Shown here: positions 1-8,716 of the stretch, piece by piece | Layout: every line of letters begins with the position of its first letter | How positions within the stretch are numbered: the first letter of the stretch is position 1 | IMG/VR virus record: IMGVR_UViG_3300033121_002286 | Source: an uncultured virus (IMG/VR IMGVR_UViG_3300033121_002286) | Taxonomy: Duplodnaviria; Heunggongvirae; Uroviricota; Caudoviricetes | DNA: 64,000 nt | Direction: 5' to 3' (one strand) | The notes under the pieces: generated by a model | Database searches by the model: none | What the model was told of the DNA's origin: nothing | The model's input: only the letters and a program-made list of their open reading frames with translations | Position numbers and translations under genes: made by a program

Positions 1-130
1 AAAAACTTTTATAAAAGATAAATATAGGTTAAAAAACATAGTTCTAATCTTCTATAATGATAGTCTTAAAATAATAAGATGCCAGGAATTTGGTATTGGA
101 ATTGAATTTTCAAAAGAAGTACTTGGAAAT

Positions 131-445
131 ATGATAGACCAAAGAAAGATAGACAGCATATTTTTAAAATCAAATTCATCATCATATGACTTTCATAATT
201 TAATAAAAGAAAAATATGGTAATAAGGATTCTAGTAGAATAGTATTTTACCATGACACTTGTACGCAAACAATTACAAGAGATGTTGATCAAACGGATTT
301 TTGGTTTGGTAAAAAATCAAATACAACATTATACATAAGAAAGTACATCTACTCAGATTTGGATTGTAAAATTAAAATTTTAAACAGAATAGAATGTTAT
401 GATAATGGCTTCTATTATAGATATATAACCACTAAAGGGATGTAA
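131..445 (+). CDS. hypothetical protein
   Basis: 104-aa ORF, co-oriented with downstream genes; no recognisable motif. Confidence 0.5.
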   Translation: MIDQRKIDSIFLKSNSSSYDFHNLIKEKYGNKDSSRIVFYHDTCTQTITRDVDQTDFWFGKKSNTTLYIRKYIYSDLDCKIKILNRIECYDNGFYYRYITTKGM

Positions 446-469
446 CTTTTAAAAAAAAAAAAAACGTTT
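441..469 (+). promoter_or_regulatory. ECF-sigma-type promoter (TGTAAC...CGTTT)
   Basis: TGTAACTTTT-A14-CGTTTAAA; same motif at five other intergenic sites, where the spacer is 2 nt shorter (possible homopolymer error here). Confidence 0.6.
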
Positions 470-494
470 AAAAAATACAAAACTCCAACTAATC

Positions 495-914
495 ATGAAA
501 CTAACATTTATATTGCTCTTTTTCTCAACTTTCTGTCTAGCTCAAAATGGTGGAATTGAGAAGTATTTTGGCAAGAATATTGAATCTGTTGATTCTTTAA
601 TGAAAGAATCGAGTGCTTTGTACAAGCACAAAGAAGTGGAAAATAAAAATATGATTTTCTATGAAACCTCAGATACTATTTCTGGACTAATAACCAGGTT
701 TTATTTTGATTCTTTGGGGATGTGCAATTTAATTGGGTTTTATACAAACATGACCGACCTTGCAAGTAACTTGGTTTTTTTACATTCGCAATCTTGCAAG
801 GCAGATGGTAACAACAGATGGATTTATCAAAATAAAATTTTAATTAAATACAAAGAAGAAACAAAAGATAAATACCCATACCAATTTACTTATTCTCTTA
901 TAAATCAAAAATAA
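495..914 (+). CDS. secreted/periplasmic hypothetical protein
   Basis: Bacteroidota-style signal peptide MKLTFILLFFSTFCLAQ. Confidence 0.7.
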   Translation: MKLTFILLFFSTFCLAQNGGIEKYFGKNIESVDSLMKESSALYKHKEVENKNMIFYETSDTISGLITRFYFDSLGMCNLIGFYTNMTDLASNLVFLHSQSCKADGNNRWIYQNKILIKYKEETKDKYPYQFTYSLINQK

Positions 915-915
915 A

Positions 916-1311
916 ATGAGAAAAATAATTTTAAGCATTATTTTATGTTTGTTTTTTTCTTTTGCTTTTTCACAAGCAAGGATAGGTTATACAAAAAATG
1001 ACATTAAAAAAGAATATGAGCATAATTTAAATTTTAAAATTTTAAAAGATGGCCATGGGGAGTTCTTTCAAGTAAAACTCCAATCTTCGATTACTTATTA
1101 TTATTTTGACATGGATGATCTTTGTTATATGACCATTATAGTTCCAAACGGAATTTTGGATAAAGAAAGTTTGATCAGAGATTATAATTCCAGATACAAA
1201 AAAACATCTAATGACAAATGGGAGTTAAAAGAAAAATTTGGAACGTGTAATATAGAATTGAGGAACCAAAGTAACGGTGGTTACTATTTTCTTTGGAGAA
1301 AAGCATTTTAA
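916..1311 (+). CDS. secreted/periplasmic hypothetical protein, possible paralog of upstream gene
   Basis: Signal peptide MRKIILSIILCLFFSFAFSQ; shares YFDxxxxC and NxW motifs with 495..914. Confidence 0.7.
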   Translation: MRKIILSIILCLFFSFAFSQARIGYTKNDIKKEYEHNLNFKILKDGHGEFFQVKLQSSITYYYFDMDDLCYMTIIVPNGILDKESLIRDYNSRYKKTSNDKWELKEKFGTCNIELRNQSNGGYYFLWRKAF

Positions 1312-1332
1312 TTAAAATTTAAAATAAATAAA

Positions 1333-2790
1333 ATGATTATTATTTGTTGCGTATTAATTTTATTATATATTATTTTTGTGTATGATATTTTCCAAAAAAA
1401 GCATACTATTTTACACAATTATCCCATTGTTGGACATTTAAGGTTTCTACTTGAAAAAATAGGACCTGAACTCAGGCAATATTTTATTGAAAATAACAGA
1501 GAGGGATTGCCTTTTAACAGAAGTCAGAGAACTTATGTTTACGCCTCCTCAAAAAAAGAAAATAGTAATGAAGGTTTTGGATCAGATAAAGACTTTTCTG
1601 ATCCTAAGCATTTTTTTATTAACAACTCCTTGTTTCCAAAGAAAGAAAACCCATCAGATTTTTCTTATCCAATTTACCCCAAAAAATTAATTGGGCTAAA
1701 AAGAAAAAAACCTTTTTGGCCAAGTAGCTTTATTAATATATCAGGGATGAGTTTTGGTGCCCTGTCAGGAGCTGCTGTTGAAGCTTTAAATAAAGGTGCA
1801 AAACTTTCAGGCTGTTATCAGGCCACAGGCGAAGGTGGGCTTTCTAAATACCACAAGAGCGGGGCAGATATAGTTTTTCAATTTGGTACCGGATACAATG
1901 GTGTCCGTGGAAAAGATGGTAAATTTTCTTTTCCAATGATTGAAAAATTAGTTAAAGAGAATGCATTTATAAAAATGATTGAGATTAAACTTCATCAAGG
2001 AGCAAAGCCTGGGGCTTGGAGTATTCTTCCTAAAAACAAAATGACAAAAGAAATTTTAGAAACTCGTGGTTTAAAGAGTGGAGAGGATTCTGTTTCACCT
2101 GGCTATCACACTGCATTTTCTAACACACAAGAGTTAATAGATTTTATTGAAAAAATCGCATCAACAACAGGGCTTCCGGTGGGTATAAAGTGTGGGGTCG
2201 GTAACCTTGATTTGTGGTGGGAGCTTGCAGAAAAGATGGCAAAAACAGGAATGGGACCAGACTATATTGTTATTGATGGTGCTGAGGGTGGAACAGGTTC
2301 TGCAAAAGGAAGCTTTGTTGATCATGTGGGTTTGCCATTTGCTGAAGCGTTTTCTTCTGTGTATAAAATTTTTCAACATTATAAAATTGAAGAAAATATT
2401 ACATGGATTGGATCTGCAAAATTGGGATTTCCTGCACAGGCTATTTTTGCAATGGCTTTGGGATGTGATATGATAAACATAGGAAGGGAGGCGATGATGA
2501 GTATTGGTTGTATTCAGGCCCAACAATGCCACTTAAACACTTGTCCATCTGGAATAGCAACTCAAAACAAATGGAAGCAAAGAGGTTTGAACCCTGAGTT
2601 AAAATCAGTAAGATTTTCTAATTACCTTACACAACTACAAAGAGATATAATGGAAATAACAATTTCTGCTGGTTACTCACATCCATCTGAATTTACAACT
2701 TTGGATATTAAAGTTAATTCGGGAGATGGAAACACATTAATATCTCTTAATAATGTATATAATTATATTGCAACAAAAAAAACAAAATGA
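1333..2790 (+). CDS. FMN-binding glutamate synthase family protein
   Basis: MSFGALS, TGEGG, EIKLHQGAKPG, DGAEGGTG and CIQAQQCHLNTCPSGIATQ 3Fe-4S motif. Confidence 0.92.
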   Translation: MIIICCVLILLYIIFVYDIFQKKHTILHNYPIVGHLRFLLEKIGPELRQYFIENNREGLPFNRSQRTYVYASSKKENSNEGFGSDKDFSDPKHFFINNSLFPKKENPSDFSYPIYPKKLIGLKRKKPFWPSSFINISGMSFGALSGAAVEALNKGAKLSGCYQATGEGGLSKYHKSGADIVFQFGTGYNGVRGKDGKFSFPMIEKLVKENAFIKMIEIKLHQGAKPGAWSILPKNKMTKEILETRGLKSGEDSVSPGYHTAFSNTQELIDFIEKIASTTGLPVGIKCGVGNLDLWWELAEKMAKTGMGPDYIVIDGAEGGTGSAKGSFVDHVGLPFAEAFSSVYKIFQHYKIEENITWIGSAKLGFPAQAIFAMALGCDMINIGREAMMSIGCIQAQQCHLNTCPSGIATQNKWKQRGLNPELKSVRFSNYLTQLQRDIMEITISAGYSHPSEFTTLDIKVNSGDGNTLISLNNVYNYIATKKTK

Positions 2791-3017
2791 ATGGTTTCAG
2801 AATTACATCAAAAAGTCTTTTTGAAAAAGGTGATAATTTTATTTATTTGATAAAAAACACTTCAAAAAAAGAAGCGATTGATTTGTTTGAAAAATCTAGT
2901 TTAAATTTAAAATTATTTCATATGATTGAAATCAACATAACCGTATCCTGGTTTAGATCAAATACTGTTTATGTTTGGGATTCTAAAAACTCGTTCTACA
3001 TACCATTTAATAATTAA
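2787..3017 (+). CDS. hypothetical protein
   Basis: ATGA overlap with upstream stop. Confidence 0.55.
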   Translation: MNGFRITSKSLFEKGDNFIYLIKNTSKKEAIDLFEKSSLNLKLFHMIEINITVSWFRSNTVYVWDSKNSFYIPFNN

Positions 3018-3292
3018 AACATGAACAATAAGATTAAATTGATTTTTAATGTTATGTGGTATCTCATGATAGTTATTATGTGGTGCTTTATTATCTGGAA
3101 TATATGTAATGCTCATTAACTAATACTTTATTAAAAAATGATCAATCCAATCACTACCTGGATTTATGCTGCTAATGCAGCACTAAGAAGAAAATCTAAC
3201 CTTAAAAAAGAAGAGCCACCCAATTTGGATGGTTGTTTAAAAATATTAATTTTATTTGTCATAATATTTATTTTAATTACAATAGGTTTATA

Positions 3293-3300
3293 TATATTTG
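3293..3300 (+). promoter_or_regulatory. Bacteroidota sigma70 -7 element (TAnnTTTG)
   Basis: TATATTTG 22 nt upstream of infC. Same element upstream of genes/operons at 35045 (+) and 4583, 10946, 24513, 27495, 31995, 43303, 47605, 48885, 56008, 61345 (-). Confidence 0.7.
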
Positions 3301-3322
3301 TATAAAACAATATTAACAACAC

Positions 3323-3877
3323 ATGGAACCAAGAAGAAACAACTTCAGACCAAAATTTCAAAAAAAACAAGAACACAACATTAATAATTTCATCTCTCAC
3401 CAACAAGTGAGGGTTATTGGGGATGGAATTGAATCGAAAATATGCTCTTTAGCAGAAGCGCTGGAATTAGCGAGATCAATGGAATTAGATTTAGTTGAAA
3501 CCTCTTCCACTGCAACCCCGCCCGTTTGTAAAATTGTTGACTATGGGAAGTTTCTGTATGAGAAAAAGAAAAGAGAAAAAGAAATAAAGAATAACAACAA
3601 AACAGAAACTAAAGAAATTCAGCTAGGGCCCAATACACAACAGAATGATTTGGATTTTAAATCCAAACATGCTTTGAATTTTTTAAATGATGGAAACAAA
3701 GTTAAGCTTTCAATGAAATTTCAAGGGAGACAAATAGCGTACAAAGAACAAGGAGAAATATTAATGCTTCGTTTTCTACAAATGATTGAATCTGCTGGTA
3801 AGCCCGATTTCCTTCCTAAAATGGAGGGTAAAAATATGTATGTTATTATATCTCCTAAAAAGCAGAATAAAAATTGA
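3323..3877 (+). CDS. infC: translation initiation factor IF-3
   Basis: INNFI..VRVIG, LDLVE..PPVCKIVDYGKFLYE, KEIQLGP, GNKVKLSMKFQGR, PKMEGK. Confidence 0.95.
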   Translation: MEPRRNNFRPKFQKKQEHNINNFISHQQVRVIGDGIESKICSLAEALELARSMELDLVETSSTATPPVCKIVDYGKFLYEKKKREKEIKNNNKTETKEIQLGPNTQQNDLDFKSKHALNFLNDGNKVKLSMKFQGRQIAYKEQGEILMLRFLQMIESAGKPDFLPKMEGKNMYVIISPKKQNKN

Positions 3878-3884
3878 ACTACCT

Positions 3885-4577
3885 TTAAAACTGACTTTCC
3901 CGGTATATTTCTTGAATGGCTACTTGGTGATCTTTCAGCTCTTTCATTATGGCCTTATATTCAGACTTTGACAAATACTCTTTTTGATCGTTTATATCGC
4001 CTTCAATTAATCCGTTGATGATTTTCTGGACACTAGCCATAATACCCCTATAATTAATAAAAAGGTACTCTAACGAGCAATTTCCAGCGGCAACCAACGG
4101 ATACACTGAGGCTATAGTCTCTATATCAAAATCACCAACCCCTGTGAATTCATGTTGTATGTCTGTTTGTGGAAAATTGCCGGTAAAAGCCTGGGCCATC
4201 ATAAAATTAAAGCAAAAATCCTCAAAAGATATTTTTTTGTTGTTCACAAAAACCAAATCGTTATATGACCGAACATCAAACTTGGTTTTTAAAAACCTGC
4301 TATAAGAACTTGTAAAATTTGAAAAAACAAAAACCGAAAGAGAGGGGCTCAAATCGGCTTTTGTTAAAAACTCTCTATAATGAATAATTTCATTTTTTTT
4401 CAGATCAGAGTAAAACTCCTTATCCATTCCACTAACATCTTTATTAGTATCATGGAATTCAAAAAATTGTTTTGATCTTATGTCCCCCTGTGGTGTCAAA
4501 TCCGGCATGAAGATTTCATCTATAGCCACTTCTAATTCGAGACCTTTTCGTATATTGATTCCTGTGGTGTATTTCAT
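3885..4577 (-). CDS. hypothetical protein
   Basis: 230-aa ORF with TAnnTTTG element directly upstream. Confidence 0.7.
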   Translation of the reverse strand: MKYTTGINIRKGLELEVAIDEIFMPDLTPQGDIRSKQFFEFHDTNKDVSGMDKEFYSDLKKNEIIHYREFLTKADLSPSLSVFVFSNFTSSYSRFLKTKFDVRSYNDLVFVNNKKISFEDFCFNFMMAQAFTGNFPQTDIQHEFTGVGDFDIETIASVYPLVAAGNCSLEYLFINYRGIMASVQKIINGLIEGDINDQKEYLSKSEYKAIMKELKDHQVAIQEIYRESQF

Positions 4578-4608
4578 AGAAGCAAAAATACGAAATTTTA
4601 CGAATTAA

Positions 4609-5154
4609 TCAAGTTTGTTTTTTAGTTTCCTTTAATGCTCTTTTGAACAGGTTTGTTTTTCTGATTCTGTAAAAAGTCATTCTGTGAATGCTAAAAAGTT
4701 TTGAAATAATTTCTTGTTTATTCCTGGCTGTTGAAACATTCATCAACCTTGCCATTTCATAAAGCTGTTCTCTTGAAATAGAGCTGGTTATCATTCCATC
4801 CTTTTTAAGCTGGCGATTTTTATTTTTAAAATACTGACTTGCTCTGCCGGATGTGTCTGTCCAAAAAAGGTTTGTAATGTGAATGTTCTTTGGATTACCA
4901 TCTTTAAAGCCAATAATTTTTAATTTTCTTTTGCTTGGGTTTATCAAGTAATGTTGGGCAACAATCTTGTGTACATAACACTGCTTTTGTTTCCCACTTT
5001 TGTTAATAAGGGTCACCATCATGTATCCTGAGCCCGAAAGTCTGGGAGAAAGAATTTTTCCTTCATTTTTATTTTGTTTGAAAGAAACAATTTCTCCTGT
5101 AGGCAAAATTTTATACAGGTTCTCATACCCTTTTATCCAAAGTGCTTTTTGCAT
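4609..5154 (-). CDS. NUMOD4/HNH-like homing endonuclease family protein (HNH His apparently lost)
   Basis: WIKGYENLYKI..GEIVS, GYMMVTL, YVHKIVA, FKDGNPKNIHITNLFW. Confidence 0.75.
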   Translation of the reverse strand: MQKALWIKGYENLYKILPTGEIVSFKQNKNEGKILSPRLSGSGYMMVTLINKSGKQKQCYVHKIVAQHYLINPSKRKLKIIGFKDGNPKNIHITNLFWTDTSGRASQYFKNKNRQLKKDGMITSSISREQLYEMARLMNVSTARNKQEIISKLFSIHRMTFYRIRKTNLFKRALKETKKQT

Positions 5155-5156
5155 AA

Positions 5157-5411
5157 TTATTTTTTAGAAATTACTTTAATTTTTTTAATTGTGTACATTA
5201 CAAAAAGTAAATCCCCGGAGCAATATCCGCCAGGTGATTTTTGCCATTTAATTTTATTTTTAAAATCTTTTTCTGCATACCTTTTTGCCAACTCCACATC
5301 ATCAAAATGTTTCCTCCAATTATCAGTTGTGTATTCACTTCCCATTGGGCCTCCAAGGTGACTCAAGTTTTCACTTAACAGTTCATAAATTTCAATCGGT
5401 TGTTTTTTCAT
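5157..5411 (-). CDS. hypothetical protein
   Basis: 84-aa ORF tightly packed in operon. Confidence 0.65.
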   Translation of the reverse strand: MKKQPIEIYELLSENLSHLGGPMGSEYTTDNWRKHFDDVELAKRYAEKDFKNKIKWQKSPGGYCSGDLLFVMYTIKKIKVISKK

Positions 5412-5429
5412 TTTTTCTTTTTTTAGTGG

Positions 5430-6395
5430 TTATTTTAATTTAATATATCCATATTGTATCGCCATTTCACAAGCATTGTTGTAGGCAGACTGATAGGCGT
5501 GTAGTTCCCAATAATCATTTTTATAAGTTTTCTTATTGGATTCAAGATTTTGATTTAAAATAAAATCACAAACAACTTTGAAGTCCTGGTAGGAAGAGTG
5601 ATTTTTAAATTGTTCAACAAATTTTTTATACATTTTTTTGTGATCCAAAATCTCAACAGTTTTTGAATTATTTTTGTTTCCCAATTCTTCAACAGCCTCA
5701 TATTCTTCGGGTAAAAAATAAAGAATTTTACCATCTTTAATTTCATAATAAAGAGTACCCATTGGGCCTTTTCTGTTTTTTTGACCCCAATAGATTTTTC
5801 TGATTCCAGTTTTTTTATCATATTCCAAAACCATATGAGCATCCACCATTTGCATATTTTCGTTAGCACCGGCAAACTCTCCTGCTTTGGTGTTATGACC
5901 AATGATAAACAAAACCCCTTTTCTTTTCTTTATATAAGATGTTAGAGTCATTCGAACATAATCTACACCAGCATCTTCACCCATGTCTGAAAAATCAGCT
6001 TTGGCGATTGCTTGAAGAGAATCAACAATAACAATTTTAGGTTGAGTCTCTTCAATGTGTTTCATAAAATCATTAAAGTGAGGGAAAATATTAGCATCAG
6101 AGAAACATGCCTTTTCATTTGTAACAGTAAAAGGTTTTATTTGATCTTTAATTTCATCCAAATCAGATTCTCTTGCATAAAAATCAGATTCTACACCTTT
6201 ACACCATTCCATTAAGTTCACCATTGTGGTGGTTTTTCCTGCTCCAGAGGTACCTGTAACAAAAACAACTGATTTACAGACCATTCCTCCGAACCTGGAA
6301 AACCAAGAGTCAAACTTAACATTTCCAGTCATAATTCTTTCATCGGAATTTGATTCAATTTCGCTGAAAAGAAGTGGTTTTTTAGTGATTTCCAT
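5430..6395 (-). CDS. RadA/Sms-like RecA-family ATPase
   Basis: Walker A GTSGAGKTT, Walker B VIVDSLQ, IIGHNTKAGEFAG, MVDA, KNRKG (cf. RadA KNRFG); no Zn finger or Lon domain. Confidence 0.8.
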   Translation of the reverse strand: MEITKKPLLFSEIESNSDERIMTGNVKFDSWFSRFGGMVCKSVVFVTGTSGAGKTTTMVNLMEWCKGVESDFYARESDLDEIKDQIKPFTVTNEKACFSDANIFPHFNDFMKHIEETQPKIVIVDSLQAIAKADFSDMGEDAGVDYVRMTLTSYIKKRKGVLFIIGHNTKAGEFAGANENMQMVDAHMVLEYDKKTGIRKIYWGQKNRKGPMGTLYYEIKDGKILYFLPEEYEAVEELGNKNNSKTVEILDHKKMYKKFVEQFKNHSSYQDFKVVCDFILNQNLESNKKTYKNDYWELHAYQSAYNNACEMAIQYGYIKLK

Positions 6396-6422
6396 AGTGA
6401 TTATCTTGTTATTTGCTATTTT

Positions 6423-6449
6423 AAACGCATTGTGTAGAAAAAAGTTACA
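6423..6449 (-). promoter_or_regulatory. ECF-sigma-type promoter TGTAAC-N16-CGTTT
   Basis: Exact motif upstream of the RadA-like gene. Confidence 0.7.
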
Positions 6450-6462
6450 CTTAATTTAAAAC

Positions 6463-6469
6463 TATTTAT
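6463..6469 (+). promoter_or_regulatory. putative phage late promoter TATTTA(T/C)
   Basis: Recurs about 5-30 nt upstream of starts: 11026, 16974, 24575, 25640, 38554, 43812, 56041, 56600, 57332, 61376 (+); 16153, 23669, 29289, 36997, 38503, 50436, 51193, 59560 (-). Confidence 0.65.
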
Positions 6470-6493
6470 AGATAAGAAATTGGAGAAACAAGC

Positions 6494-7303
6494 ATGTTGG
6501 TTTCAAGTACGATTTGGGTTTTGATTTTGGCTATAGTTCCAATTATATTATATAGTTACTTAATTTACTATTTAGTACCGGTAAATTTTATATCTAAACA
6601 TAGAGCTAGAAGATATTTAATTACTGGCCTTTTGAGTCCGTCTTTAATCTCATTGTTTTATTTTATTTTTCCATATTGGGATTACCCTCAGAGTACCAAT
6701 TTTATTTTAGCTTTTATTATTTATGGAATAATTCAAATAGGAGCTTTAGAAGAATCAGCGAAGTATGCAACCTTTTGGTGGGTTTCAAAAGAAAGAAAAT
6801 CAGAAAAATATGATTTGCCAATAGCTGTGATGTTTTATTCCATGATGTCTGCTGTTGGTTTTGCAATTACTGAAAACATTTATTATTTGATAAGGATGCA
6901 AAAAGGAATTTTGAATATCCAATCAGTTTTTATAGATACCTCTCAAATACTTTCCAATTTAGCTTGGCAAAGATCAATGGTTGCTGTGGTGGCACATATG
7001 ATATGTGGTGTAATCATGGGATACTTTCTAGCCAAGGCCCATAAAATAAAATACAGCAACAACAATGGGGAATCAAAAATTCATAAAAACATCAGAAGAT
7101 ACAAAGAGGTTTTAAAAGGTATATTTTTTGCCGCACTCTTTCATGGTGTTTTTGATATCAACCTCCTGTTACCAAACAATCAATATGAGAGAATTTTCCT
7201 TTCAATCATATTGGGATTCGGATTAGTTATTGGAAACTTTATTATAAGAGAACTTATAAATGATAGTTTGTTAATAAGAAAAAATCAATTTAAAGAAAAA
7301 TAA
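6494..7303 (+). CDS. PrsW-family intramembrane glutamic protease
   Basis: Multiple TM helices; EESAK, GFAITEN, AHMICG, FHGVFD motifs. Confidence 0.88.
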   Translation: MLVSSTIWVLILAIVPIILYSYLIYYLVPVNFISKHRARRYLITGLLSPSLISLFYFIFPYWDYPQSTNFILAFIIYGIIQIGALEESAKYATFWWVSKERKSEKYDLPIAVMFYSMMSAVGFAITENIYYLIRMQKGILNIQSVFIDTSQILSNLAWQRSMVAVVAHMICGVIMGYFLAKAHKIKYSNNNGESKIHKNIRRYKEVLKGIFFAALFHGVFDINLLLPNNQYERIFLSIILGFGLVIGNFIIRELINDSLLIRKNQFKEK

Positions 7304-7305
7304 AA

Positions 7306-7521
7306 ATGAAACTAATAAATAAAACATATACGACAATAACCATTGAACTTACAAGAAAGGAAATGGTTGATACAGGGTTTGATAAAATATGGGATGAAAT
7401 AAGAGAATCTTATTCTGCATCAGACTATGATATGGAAAGTTTTAGAGAAAGTGGTGATGGTCGGCTTTTATATATAAGCCTTATATATAAGAAAAATCTA
7501 AAAGTCATAGATGGAATTTAG
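7306..7521 (+). CDS. hypothetical protein
   Basis: 71-aa ORF 2 nt after prsW stop. Confidence 0.6.
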   Translation: MKLINKTYTTITIELTRKEMVDTGFDKIWDEIRESYSASDYDMESFRESGDGRLLYISLIYKKNLKVIDGI

Positions 7522-8183
7522 ATTTTATCAATTGTAATTTCTTTTATATACCCACTCTCATTTGAAACAAAGTCATAAAAAACATCCTTAACTTCAAGAG
7601 CAACAAGTTTCCCATTCGAATCGCTTACCAAAAATCTGGCACCAACTTGAAATTCACTTATTTCTTTTGGGAGTTTTACATCTTGTTCTGTATATAATAT
7701 GTTTAATTTAACTTCGTGTTGTTCCGGTTTGTTTGTGAATTCAACTTCTTTCTGAAACCGTTGAAACCACATTCCCATTTCTGCCTTCAATTCATCTTTT
7801 GTTTTTTTAAAATCCGAATCAAAGTTTTCTAATTTAGATTTTATTTGTTCATTAACTTGTTCGGTTGTTTGTTTTATTTGATTGCTGGCCTCCTCTATTT
7901 TTTTTTCAATGACCTGTTCCTTTGATGGGGAGGTGGAGTTTATTGTCAAACTCCTAGTACCATCCATATAATTTTTAATCAGCAATTTAATACTGTCAAG
8001 ACCGGAAAGTTTAGGATCATAATTTGGGTGCTTTGGGTAATTGTATTTGGTGAGAAAATAATATACTGCATCCAATTCCTGAGCAACATATTTAGAAAGA
8101 ATGTTGGGTATCTCTTTTTTATTACCTGGATTGTAACGGTCATAGAGATCGTTTAATAATAATTCAAAAACTTGTTTTTCCAT
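7518..8183 (-). CDS. hypothetical coiled-coil protein
   Basis: Start reassigned to MEKQVF (8183), downstream of terminator and TATTTAT motif. Confidence 0.7.
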   Translation of the reverse strand: MEKQVFELLLNDLYDRYNPGNKKEIPNILSKYVAQELDAVYYFLTKYNYPKHPNYDPKLSGLDSIKLLIKNYMDGTRSLTINSTSPSKEQVIEKKIEEASNQIKQTTEQVNEQIKSKLENFDSDFKKTKDELKAEMGMWFQRFQKEVEFTNKPEQHEVKLNILYTEQDVKLPKEISEFQVGARFLVSDSNGKLVALEVKDVFYDFVSNESGYIKEITIDKI

Positions 8184-8202
8184 AAATAAATATAATATAA
8201 GC

Positions 8203-8242
8203 AAAAAAAAAGGATACAATTACTTGTATCCTTTTTCTTTTT
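8203..8242. terminator. intrinsic terminator downstream of ssb
   Basis: AAAAAGGATACAA-TTAC-TTGTATCCTTTTT hairpin with A/T tracts. Confidence 0.8.
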
Positions 8243-8253
8243 AAACTTCCATT

Positions 8254-8703
8254 TTAAAAAGGAAGATCATCACTTGAATCTGCTTGAATTTCAGCCACTT
8301 CCGGCTCAGCAGTTTTCTTTGCTGAAGATTTAGCAGTTTCCTTTTTAGGAGCTTCAGCAGTATCAGTTGATTCTGAATCCTGCTTTCCACCAAGGAGTTC
8401 AAAGTTACTCATCATAACCTCAACGCTTTTTCCTTTTACACCGTCATCTTTTGTGTATTCTCTTACAACAAGACGGCCTTCAACTAAAATCTTACCACCC
8501 TTTTTGAGATACTTGCCAATATTTTCGGCATTTTTATCCCAGGCAACAATGTTAAACCACGTAGTGTTTTGAACATTCTCCCCTTTTTCGTTTTTGCTGT
8601 ACTCATTTACTGCGAGTCCAAATTTGGCAACCTTTTTGTCGCCTTTTACAGTAGCAATCTCAGGGTCTTTACCTGCATTGCCAGTTAGAATAATTTTGTT
8701 CAT
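8254..8703 (-). CDS. ssb: single-stranded DNA-binding protein
   Basis: MNKIILTGNAGKDPE, TTWFNIVAW, YLKKG..ILVEGRL, acidic tail DDLPF. Confidence 0.95.
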   Translation of the reverse strand: MNKIILTGNAGKDPEIATVKGDKKVAKFGLAVNEYSKNEKGENVQNTTWFNIVAWDKNAENIGKYLKKGGKILVEGRLVVREYTKDDGVKGKSVEVMMSNFELLGGKQDSESTDTAEAPKKETAKSSAKKTAEPEVAEIQADSSDDLPF

Positions 8704-8716
8704 TTTTTTTTGTTTT

